Shown piece after piece: positions 38,565 to 47,152 of a stretch of 64,000 nucleotides of DNA (positions are counted from its first letter, which is position 1; each line of letters starts with the position of its first letter). The notes beneath the pieces are model-generated. The model was not told the origin of the DNA. It made no database searches and saw only the letters and a list, made by a program, of their open reading frames with translations. A program made the translations under genes and the position numbers. Location of the stretch: sequence record LC819007.1; one strand, given 5' to 3'.

Positions 38565-39233
38565 TTACGAGGCCTGGGTTGCGTAACCCTCGACTTCGAC
38601 GAGGTAAATGAAGCCCTCGACGGTCTGGTAGAAGCGCGCGTGCTTGGCGAGCTCGTTGGGCTCGTCGTACAGATAACGCGGCTCGCCGCGCAACTGCGTG
38701 ATCACGCCCGGCATCACCTTGTCGGGATTGAAGTGATCGTCCAGCGTTTCAGGCTCGGCGACCGCTTTCAATGCACCTTCGGCGATGTCGTTCTGTTTCA
38801 TCAGGCGGGCAAAGGTCTTGCTCACGCCGATCGTGAAGCCCACGAGCATGTAGCCCTTATGGCCTTCTGGCATGCCCTTCGAGAAGAGCACGTCGTTGTA
38901 GAGCGGTTGCGTCGGAATGCGCACACGCACCTTGCACAGAAACTCGTCGGCTTCTGCGGTGACGCGAACCACGTCCACCAGTTCGTAGTGGAAGTGATCG
39001 ATGATCTCGACCAGTCGCTCGAAAGCACCGTGCTGCGAGGACAGGTTGACATATACGCTGCGGGCCTTGCGGCTGCCTTGCTGGCGCAGGATCTTGAAAA
39101 GCTGGTCGCGGTAGAGCCGCGTGAAAGTGTCGAGTTCAGACTGACGACGTTCAAACGCCGTCCTGGGCGTGACGCCCATCGGTGTAAGTCGAGCAGGCGA
39201 GTGACTGCCCACGTAACGAAACTGCTCAATCAT
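38565..39233 (-). CDS. Hypothetical protein
   Basis: GGAGG RBS before ATG 39233; CATATTAC motif upstream. Confidence 0.7.
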   Translation of the reverse strand: MIEQFRYVGSHSPARLTPMGVTPRTAFERRQSELDTFTRLYRDQLFKILRQQGSRKARSVYVNLSSQHGAFERLVEIIDHFHYELVDVVRVTAEADEFLCKVRVRIPTQPLYNDVLFSKGMPEGHKGYMLVGFTIGVSKTFARLMKQNDIAEGALKAVAEPETLDDHFNPDKVMPGVITQLRGEPRYLYDEPNELAKHARFYQTVEGFIYLVEVEGYATQAS

Positions 39234-39345
39234 GAGTGTCCTCCTAAACTGGATGCGCGAGAGCCTCCGTGTGGGAGATCTTCTCATGGAAAATATACGA
39301 TAAAAGTTAAATCGTGCTAGCCAACGATGCATCATTCTCACCTTA

Positions 39346-39353
39346 GTAATATG
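39346..39353 (-). promoter_or_regulatory. CATATTAC putative early promoter
   Basis: Same 8-mer just past the protease-operon terminator, facing gene 38565-39233. Confidence 0.55.
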
Positions 39354-39390
39354 TATTTGAGATTTCTTTGGATTCAATTCCGCATAACTA

Positions 39391-39443
39391 CGGCATAAGA
39401 GGCCACTGGAAGCCTTCAGAGGGCCTCCAGTGGCTTTATGACA
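39391..39443. terminator. Hairpin with TATG tails after the prohead protease gene
   Basis: GCCACTGGA..TCCAGTGGC. Confidence 0.75.
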
Positions 39444-39462
39444 GCTTGTGGGTGTCTACCCC

Positions 39463-40236
39463 TTACCAGCCAGTCCAGACGGCCTTCGAACGCGCCTTAG
39501 CGACCGAGGGCAATTGCCAGCCGAGCGAGTCCATCAGCTCGTGGACGTTGAGCTGCACGCTCTCGTTGCCCACACCTGCGGTTTCGATCAGCGTACGCGT
39601 ACCCGCTTCGACCTGACCGCGGGTAAAGGACACGTCTTCCAGACCTTCGAGTGCCGGGCTGTTGTACTTCTCAGCCACCGACATGCCCGGTTCGTTCACA
39701 TAGTCAAACGTGACGATGGTCTTGATGTACCGGTTTATCACGCCGTTGACCATCTTGTCATCAGTGAACGAGCGGATCGAGAAGCAGACGTTTTCGGCCG
39801 GATTCTGCAACTGCTTTTCCAGCACATAGCCCAGCGGGCCATTCGGCGCCACTTCGGCAATGATCGCTACGATCGGACGGCCTTGGTCGTCCTTGTAGTT
39901 ATCGAAGTCGAGCGACACCGAAGCAAAGTGGCAGCACACCTTGTCTTCGTGAATCTGCAGTAGTCGAGCGTAGTAAGCCTGCATCGACATGTTGGCGTCA
40001 CGGCGGGGATGCCCGTATTCGCCACGAAGCGCGCCACGCTTGACGCGGCGCATGAACGAGCTGGATTCCTCGAAGAATTCCCGAGCTGCGTCCGCACGGT
40101 AATACATCCCGGCGCTGTTGAACATGTTCAACGCCCCGATGACCATCACGTAGTAGCCGCGCTCGTTCTTCTTCAGTTCTCCCACCTTGTTCGTCCCGTT
40201 GAGTCGGGTACAGGTGAAGGAAACGTTGTTGAGCAT
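39463..40236 (-). CDS. Prohead protease (phiKZ gp175 / SPN3US gp245 family)
   Basis: GEYGHP (His), FSIRS (Ser), TFDYVNEPG; C-terminal self-cleavage sites ALEGLE and GNE. Confidence 0.88.
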   Translation of the reverse strand: MLNNVSFTCTRLNGTNKVGELKKNERGYYVMVIGALNMFNSAGMYYRADAAREFFEESSSFMRRVKRGALRGEYGHPRRDANMSMQAYYARLLQIHEDKVCCHFASVSLDFDNYKDDQGRPIVAIIAEVAPNGPLGYVLEKQLQNPAENVCFSIRSFTDDKMVNGVINRYIKTIVTFDYVNEPGMSVAEKYNSPALEGLEDVSFTRGQVEAGTRTLIETAGVGNESVQLNVHELMDSLGWQLPSVAKARSKAVWTGW

Positions 40237-40242
40237 GATTTC

Positions 40243-40965
40243 TTAGCTGAAGAGAATCTCCTCCAGGCGCTCGGTGCGCTCGGACGGAGAATTGATTGCC
40301 GAGACCGTACCGTTTCGGAAATACCCACCACCGAGTTTGTTCACGGCGTTGGTCGCGGACAGGGTCACGTCCTTCAGAGACGCGTAGTACGGCGGGTTCG
40401 TCGCGATGTCGTTTTCCGACTCGATCACCTGGCGGTAATACTGCACACGGTTCTTCGGGTTACGGGCCGAGATCGAAATCAAGAGCTCCGTGACTTCCTT
40501 GTTGCCCCCGATATTCGCGCCTGCATGCAGACGGGCCGTGTCGAAGATCTTCGCCAGATCGAAATAATTCAGATACCAGGGCACGCGTGCCTTGGCAATG
40601 ATCTCGTCGTAGATTTTGTACGTGAGCGTGTCGGTCTTGACCAGCTTCAGGTTCGCAATCACAACACTACCGGGATAGAAGACGAATTCGAGATACTCAT
40701 CCTCACCCACCTGCACCCGGTTAATCTCAGCCGGGTCCAGCCGCATCATGGCGTTGACCATCATGATGCCGTACTGATCCCCCACCACGATCGCGCAGAT
40801 CCCGATGATGTACGTTTCCGCCCCCAGAGAGGCCAGACCTCGCTCTGCAAAACGAGAAGGAACGTACACCTTGCAACCCGTTGAGGTTACCAAGGTGTCG
40901 TCCTCCATTTCGTGCAGCGTAGCGAGGACACTCTTCGGGTTGCGAACCAACTTTGAAGTGTCCAT
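40243..40965 (-). CDS. rpoC: Virion RNA polymerase beta' C-terminal subunit (phiKZ gp176 / SPN3US gp244-like)
   Basis: C-terminal ELLISISAR..SATNAVNKLGGGYF..ERLEEIL aligns by eye with the beta' C-terminus; synteny. Confidence 0.65.
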   Translation of the reverse strand: MDTSKLVRNPKSVLATLHEMEDDTLVTSTGCKVYVPSRFAERGLASLGAETYIIGICAIVVGDQYGIMMVNAMMRLDPAEINRVQVGEDEYLEFVFYPGSVVIANLKLVKTDTLTYKIYDEIIAKARVPWYLNYFDLAKIFDTARLHAGANIGGNKEVTELLISISARNPKNRVQYYRQVIESENDIATNPPYYASLKDVTLSATNAVNKLGGGYFRNGTVSAINSPSERTERLEEILFS

Positions 40966-40975
40966 GCGCTACTCC

Positions 40976-42454
40976 TTAGCCGAGCTGGTTGTCTTTGGCC
41001 GAGAAGACCTGAACCTGGTTAGCTGCGACCGGGTCCAGTTGCGCGCCAATCCAGCGGCAGACGTATTCCGTCACCGAGATATTGGCTGCTTCTTGCGCCG
41101 AGATGCCGGGGTTGGTTTCCCGGGCTCGCGCCATGCCGCCGAGGATCTGCTTGGCGTCGGTCTTGAAGAAGCGCGCATCGCAGGCGAGGCACAGCGCGAG
41201 ACCGTTGAGGTCGTCGAAGTCCTTCGGCGTGAGCGTGTTCGACAGACGCAGCACCAGAGCACGCGAGGTTGCCCGTTCTTCGATCGGGAAGTCTTCCGCC
41301 GAGTATTCCTTGGCGAGGTATTCCCATTCGCAGACGACCGCTTCGCGCATCTGCAGCAAACGCTTCTGGTCGTAGAACGCCTTGTTCATGGCGTACTGGC
41401 GATTCCACGAAGCTTCGAGCAGATCCTTCTTGGCGATCAGTGCATCCAGGCGCGTTTCCTTCTGCGCTTGCAGCAGGTTGCCGAGCAGCACTTCGTTCGT
41501 GCCACCGTTCTTGAGGAAGTCGCGATACACCGAGGCGTTGACCGTGACCTTGATCTGGCCACCGGGCACTTGTTCCGTACCGATAACGAGAATGCCGGCT
41601 TGGCTATCGCGATCGAGGCGTTCGAGTTCGTGGCACAGACGCAGACCCGCTTGCGAACGCAGCGACACCATCGCGCTTTCGTAGGCAGCCGACGACATGT
41701 TCACGCCTTCGAGCGGCGCATTCCAGATACGTCGCGCGATCAGGAACACCATCAGCGCGCTGTCGACGTTTTCACGTCCAGCGATATAGGCATCGAAACC
41801 ATCGACCGGTACAGCAGCCGTAGCAGGCACGCAAAACATCGACTTCCAGCGTGCAGCGAGCCAGCCTTCGGGCTTCTTCGCGAAGTATTCAGTGACAGCC
41901 GCGTCGACTGCAGCCGAACCCGTCGTCATCAACGAACGGATCTGGTTATCGTCGAGTTCCGGGAAACCGGAGAGCAGCTGCACGCGGGTGAACACCGCTT
42001 CCTTGTTCAGCTCGATCGACTGCACGAGGCCCGGTTCCGAGAGCGGACCCGGTTGCGTGTGCAGCACGACTTCGACGCCGTTGTCGGGGTTCGAGCCGAC
42101 CAGCTCCATCGCCTGTTGCAGACGACCTGCATACGCGTCGACGAACGGTGCAACGACCGTGCGAGCATAGAACAGGTGCTTCTGCAGCTTTTCAGCGAGG
42201 AAGTCCGAGATTTCGTCCATCCGCGCGCTGTGCTCCGAATAACCGGTGGCTTGACAAGCCTGGTCGGTCATCGCGCACATCGCATTCAGATCGTGGTAAT
42301 ACTCACCACCTTGCTGCGCCGGATCGTAGTTGATGTAGGTTGCAGCAACCAGAGTGGCAAGCAGACTGCCAGGTTTTGCAACCAGTGCGATACCTTTTTC
42401 ATCGAGGTTCTTCGTGGTAACGTAGGTGCTTTCGGCCGCTTGAAGAGACAGCAT
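40976..42454 (-). CDS. Virion head protein (phiKZ gp177-like)
   Basis: 492 aa between vRNAP subunit genes; N-terminal AAE site. Confidence 0.65.
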   Translation of the reverse strand: MLSLQAAESTYVTTKNLDEKGIALVAKPGSLLATLVAATYINYDPAQQGGEYYHDLNAMCAMTDQACQATGYSEHSARMDEISDFLAEKLQKHLFYARTVVAPFVDAYAGRLQQAMELVGSNPDNGVEVVLHTQPGPLSEPGLVQSIELNKEAVFTRVQLLSGFPELDDNQIRSLMTTGSAAVDAAVTEYFAKKPEGWLAARWKSMFCVPATAAVPVDGFDAYIAGRENVDSALMVFLIARRIWNAPLEGVNMSSAAYESAMVSLRSQAGLRLCHELERLDRDSQAGILVIGTEQVPGGQIKVTVNASVYRDFLKNGGTNEVLLGNLLQAQKETRLDALIAKKDLLEASWNRQYAMNKAFYDQKRLLQMREAVVCEWEYLAKEYSAEDFPIEERATSRALVLRLSNTLTPKDFDDLNGLALCLACDARFFKTDAKQILGGMARARETNPGISAQEAANISVTEYVCRWIGAQLDPVAANQVQVFSAKDNQLG

Positions 42455-42457
42455 GAT

Positions 42458-42655
42458 TTATTGGCCTCCGAGCTTCTTGGTGATTTCCTGCTGGAAGATC
42501 ACCTGGGCGGTGTTGTAGGTCGTCGTGCGCGAGAGCTCAGTGCCTTGCAGCGAGCGGCTGATCGCGTCCGTGTTGAGCTTTTCGATCGTCCGGGCAGCGA
42601 GCTCGGCCGCATTGGCGAGCACCGCTCCGGTCATGACTGATTGTCGATTTTTCAT
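42458..42655 (-). CDS. Small helical protein (65 aa) in the vRNAP operon
   Basis: Stop lies 3 nt from the next start; synteny with SPN3US gp242. Confidence 0.6.
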   Translation of the reverse strand: MKNRQSVMTGAVLANAAELAARTIEKLNTDAISRSLQGTELSRTTTYNTAQVIFQQEITKKLGGQ

Positions 42656-42749
42656 AAGACTGTACGTCCGCTGATGTTTGGTGAAGAAAAATCCGCGTAT
42701 AGCGTGACACATGAAAGAGGCTACGGGGCCGAAACCCTGTAGCCGTCCT

Positions 42750-45700
42750 TTATGCCTTGCCTTCGCGGTAAGCCTTGATCACCCGTTTCGCTGCCACCAT
42801 CAGCAGCGTCGTGGTAGTTCCGATGATGTACGGCGAGGTCACAATACGAGCAGCAAGTGAGTTAGCCCCGAAGACCGCGTCGATCTCGACACCGGACTCC
42901 GTACGGATGTTATCGTTAAACACCCGGCCGAACACGGTCTTCAGCTGGTTGCCGAAGACGCCCTTGTCACCCACACCAGCCGACACTCGTGTGCTGATGT
43001 ACACCCGGATACATGCGGTATCCATCAACAACGGGTCGGTGCCGATGCGGAACTCATCCGACACCTGGCCCGTGTAGGCCCGACGTCCGATTGCCACATT
43101 GCGCCCAGCGATCCGCTTGTCCGACCATTGAGCCAGTCCTCGCAGACTGTTCGACATGTCTTCCAGATCGCCGTTGTAGTAGACCTCGATGCGCTCGATC
43201 TTGCCCTTGACCTTGGCCTGGGGCGTCTGGGCCTGCAGCACGCGCAGGGTGTCCAGCGTTTCCTCGTCCAGGAAGTGATTCCGGGCTGATTGCGCATCTT
43301 CAATGATGCATAACATACTTTCGGGCTCTACCGCGTCGTGCTCCTTGACCATGCGGTGAATCTCCTGGTCAAAGTTCACCACGATGTCCTTGATCTTCAC
43401 CTGTTCAGAGATGAGTTTCTTGGTCAGTCGGGTGGAGATAGCAGACGAGTCTTCCAGCGTGTCAGGCGACTCCATCAGCACCACCTTAGCAAGCGTGGCG
43501 GACTTCCAGATGATCTGCTTCGGGTTGAGCATGTCGCGCTCGAAGAAGCCGGTGTTGTAAGCGATCGGCTCACCCACTGCAAACACCTGCCCCTCGACCA
43601 GGTCCGTCTTGATGGTGTGCGGAATCGTGAGACCTGCAGCGTTGCCGTAGCGACGACCGAGAATCACACCCTTCTGCTCACCGTCATCGAACTGCACCAC
43701 GATACCGTCGGGTTTCACCGACAGCACCTTACCGGGCTTCTTGGCCGTGACCGCAAACATGTCACCCACGCGGTGCGGGATCACTTGTTCATAGCCCGTA
43801 CGCACCATCGCTTGGCGGTAACCTTCACAGGACACCACGTGACGATTTTGAATGCCGATAAAGTTCACCCGCTTTGGATCGTCCTTGGTCGAGCCTGGCG
43901 ACACCAGGGCCGAGGTCGACAGCAACGAAGTCGGACCGTGCGCTGCCGCATCATACGGACGCGACGTGCCACGCAGCGAATCAAACTGCGGGTTGGCCGA
44001 AGTAAAGACGTTGATGGCCACGTCCGAGGAGTCCACCGTCGACTCCGAGATCACCCCCATGTCGTTGCGGTGGTAGATCCGGGTAGACTTCACCATCGAG
44101 CGGGAGTTACGACCACCCGTACCCGAATACGTGACTGCCTCGTTTTCCTTCAAGTTCTGGATCGGGTTGATTTCCGAGACCTGATCTTTGGCCGGATCTT
44201 GCTGAATCGCAATCCACACCGCGTACGGATTCACTTCCAGCCCGTAACGATGCTTGCCCGGTCGACCGCTGTGCACCCGTGCCGACTTGACCAGCTCCGC
44301 GTACACCGCACCCGAGAACCGCTCGTAGCCCTTGATCCGCATATACCGCGTATCCTGGCTGTCCGGGTGTTGGTCGTCCGTGAGCATTTCCGAGGCACGA
44401 ATCAGAAGCTTCGTGAACACGGTCGGCTCTTTCATCTCGATCAGCAGATCGCGGGTGATCGGGTCGACGAACATCTGCTCCAGCAAGTCGAGCTCGCGCA
44501 GATACTTGACACCCAGCTTCTTCTCTTCGAACAGATTGAAGTAGACATCTTTCTTGCTGAACTCCTCGGTCGGGAACCGCGAAGTCGTCTCGTAGAAGTC
44601 ACGCCAGCCACCGAGCACCATCGTCGCCAGCTTGTCCTTCCGGGAGAACACGTACGTGCGGTCGTCGAAGTTGATCGACCACTCATCTTCCACCAGATTC
44701 GCCCGCTTACCCACCGGCAGCACGCGCATCGAGGTCGGCTGCACCAGCTGCAGCACCGCATCCCAACCCAGCAGATAACCCAACACCACGCCCACCGGAA
44801 TCATCTTGCCGAAGACTTTCAGCTCCGCAAACTCCAGCGGGGCCTTGCGGCTGTCCAGACCCAGGATCGATTCGATCGACGGTGCAGGCCGCATGCCAGC
44901 TTCGTCGTGGATGTACAGGTTCTCGTCGAACCCAGCCAACAGCTCGCCTTTGCCTTCCACGGCGCGACCCATCACGATAAACCCAGGGCTCATCCGCAGA
45001 CCGAGGATAGTCGCCATGTCGAAGTGGCACTTGTACGGCTTGCCCTCGACCATCAGCGTGAATTCACGAAAGCCCATGGCAATCGCCGAGATCAAACGCG
45101 GTGTCTTGCGACCCTTATCGAATCCCGAGCCCGGCACCATGTTCGTGACCGTCTGATCACTGACGCTCAAACCGCGCGCCATGATTGCCTGACGAATCCA
45201 CTTACCCCAGTCATTCACCCGACGCTGGCTACGCTCAGCAAACACCTTGCCGTAGTAGCTGGTCAGTGCAACCTGATCCGGCGCGATCTTGCGGATGGGC
45301 ATGTCGCCACGTTGCATCCGCATGCGGTAGTTCACCCCGTTGATCTTGAAGTTGCCTTCATCGTCAACCTTCGGGATCTTCATCTTGATCGTCGACGGCG
45401 CGCCTTCGATCGGTTTCAGCTGCACCGTGTACTCGTGATGCGTACCGGTGATGTCTTCTACTTCTTCGACATCGAAGTTGTTGATCATCACCCCCGCCGA
45501 CTGCAGCGAGGAGACCATCGAGGAGATGTCGCGCTGCATGATCTCACGCGAATAGCGCTCGTTCCAGTTCAACAGCGTCGACTGCAGCATCGTCTTGTCG
45601 ATGATCGTCGGCTGATCCGGAATGGCCGGAGGCGTCTCGATCTTGAGCTTCTCGGGCGGGACCTTGACAAAGTCCTTCATCGTGCCTTCATGACCCAGCG

Positions 45701-47150
45701 GTGCAGGCAACGAATTGAAACGCTCACTCGCTTCCAGCAAACGCCGATACTCAGCCGCGGTGATCGCGCCCGAGTCAGCCGCTTTGGCCAGTTGGTGCTG
45801 GAATGCTTCCTGGTGATCGACCGGGAAGAACTTCGGTTGCTTAGCCGATGCCGCAGGACCACCTGCTGTAGCCACACCGTCATCCGAGACAGCCAGCTCA
45901 GGCGTTTCCGCATGGGCATCTTCCGTCTCGTCGTCATCTGCATCCGGAGGCGGCGGAGCGTCGTCTTCCGACACCGAGGTGATTTCCAGCGCTTCGAGGT
46001 CCTTGTCGATTTCCGCCATGAAGTTGGCGTGATCGGTTTCGGCATCGTACCCGGCGTAAGCTTGTGCCTCCGTCACTTCGTCATCGTTGGTCGACGACTT
46101 GGTGTTGGGCGAGCCACTGGCCGCGTCCATGCCTTCGGTCTCGGTCGGGTCCACAGCGTCCGGTGTTTCCGGCTGGCCCTTGTCCGGACCTTCCGGCAGA
46201 TCATCGGTCACCGGCTTGCCTTCCTCGTCACCGAGGTTCTCCGGCATATCGACGCTACGGACTTCGGTGACAGCCATCAGCATACGCAGGAACATTTTCT
46301 GCATCACCGACGGGTCCCACGAACCCTTCTTGAGCGGCTCGATCTCCGGGTTCTCCTGCTTCGCTTCTTCGTGCGCCCGGATCGTCGCCTGGTCAGGCTT
46401 GCGCCATTCTTCCAGCAACGCGAGATCCACCACACAGAAGCGATCCGCTTCACGCAGAATCAGCTTGACGTTCGAGACGTCCGGGATGTACTTGTGGATC
46501 AGCGACTTCTCGGCGCGATGCTCGCCCAGCCAGGTCCACAGGTGATGCAAGAGGATCAACTCGTACGAATTGAAGATCCCCATGTTCTTCGTGGTCCAGC
46601 CCTGCACCGAACGATCCAGCACGGTCCGCGCGGGCAACTGTTGTGGCAGCTGCAGCTCGATGTACTGGTGATAACCCGTGTGCACATTCTGGCCAATCGA
46701 CTGGAACAGCGTCGCGAAGATGTTGTACCAGCGGTTGTGGAACGTGAACAGGTTGCGCTGGTACTTGTAACGCCCCAGCAGCAGCCCGTAATTGTGCGTG
46801 ACGATCACGCGGTTATCGCGCTTCATCGCCTCGATATCAATCGAAGCCCGGAAACGCGGATGGGCGGTGCGGAACTGACGGATCTTGGTGTTGATATCCC
46901 CCGGGATAGGCCGGGGGTTGCCCTTCATCTCCACCAGCGTCGTGTGATGCGTGATCCGCAACGGCTTGGTATTCTTCTGGTAAAACAGCATGTCTTCGCT
47001 CGGCCACGGATTCGTGACCGACGGCGAGACATAGTGCACCATCGCCATGGCCGGCAGTTCAAACCGCGTCACCAAGGGCAGCGGTGGCGAAGTGAACTGG
47101 CCGGTACGGCGCAGCACAAAGTTGCGAAAGAAAAACTGGTATTGAATCAT
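42750..47150 (-). CDS. rpoB: Virion RNA polymerase beta subunit, N-terminal part (phiKZ gp178-like)
   Basis: FKINGVNYR..QRGD, ESTVDSSDVAIN, DDPKRVNFIGIQNRH, KVVLME..EDSSAIS, GVGDKGVFGNQLKTV are beta conserved regions. Confidence 0.92.
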   Translation of the reverse strand: MIQYQFFFRNFVLRRTGQFTSPPLPLVTRFELPAMAMVHYVSPSVTNPWPSEDMLFYQKNTKPLRITHHTTLVEMKGNPRPIPGDINTKIRQFRTAHPRFRASIDIEAMKRDNRVIVTHNYGLLLGRYKYQRNLFTFHNRWYNIFATLFQSIGQNVHTGYHQYIELQLPQQLPARTVLDRSVQGWTTKNMGIFNSYELILLHHLWTWLGEHRAEKSLIHKYIPDVSNVKLILREADRFCVVDLALLEEWRKPDQATIRAHEEAKQENPEIEPLKKGSWDPSVMQKMFLRMLMAVTEVRSVDMPENLGDEEGKPVTDDLPEGPDKGQPETPDAVDPTETEGMDAASGSPNTKSSTNDDEVTEAQAYAGYDAETDHANFMAEIDKDLEALEITSVSEDDAPPPPDADDDETEDAHAETPELAVSDDGVATAGGPAASAKQPKFFPVDHQEAFQHQLAKAADSGAITAAEYRRLLEASERFNSLPAPLGHEGTMKDFVKVPPEKLKIETPPAIPDQPTIIDKTMLQSTLLNWNERYSREIMQRDISSMVSSLQSAGVMINNFDVEEVEDITGTHHEYTVQLKPIEGAPSTIKMKIPKVDDEGNFKINGVNYRMRMQRGDMPIRKIAPDQVALTSYYGKVFAERSQRRVNDWGKWIRQAIMARGLSVSDQTVTNMVPGSGFDKGRKTPRLISAIAMGFREFTLMVEGKPYKCHFDMATILGLRMSPGFIVMGRAVEGKGELLAGFDENLYIHDEAGMRPAPSIESILGLDSRKAPLEFAELKVFGKMIPVGVVLGYLLGWDAVLQLVQPTSMRVLPVGKRANLVEDEWSINFDDRTYVFSRKDKLATMVLGGWRDFYETTSRFPTEEFSKKDVYFNLFEEKKLGVKYLRELDLLEQMFVDPITRDLLIEMKEPTVFTKLLIRASEMLTDDQHPDSQDTRYMRIKGYERFSGAVYAELVKSARVHSGRPGKHRYGLEVNPYAVWIAIQQDPAKDQVSEINPIQNLKENEAVTYSGTGGRNSRSMVKSTRIYHRNDMGVISESTVDSSDVAINVFTSANPQFDSLRGTSRPYDAAAHGPTSLLSTSALVSPGSTKDDPKRVNFIGIQNRHVVSCEGYRQAMVRTGYEQVIPHRVGDMFAVTAKKPGKVLSVKPDGIVVQFDDGEQKGVILGRRYGNAAGLTIPHTIKTDLVEGQVFAVGEPIAYNTGFFERDMLNPKQIIWKSATLAKVVLMESPDTLEDSSAISTRLTKKLISEQVKIKDIVVNFDQEIHRMVKEHDAVEPESMLCIIEDAQSARNHFLDEETLDTLRVLQAQTPQAKVKGKIERIEVYYNGDLEDMSNSLRGLAQWSDKRIAGRNVAIGRRAYTGQVSDEFRIGTDPLLMDTACIRVYISTRVSAGVGDKGVFGNQLKTVFGRVFNDNIRTESGVEIDAVFGANSLAARIVTSPYIIGTTTTLLMVAAKRVIKAYREGKA

Positions 47151-47152
47151 GG

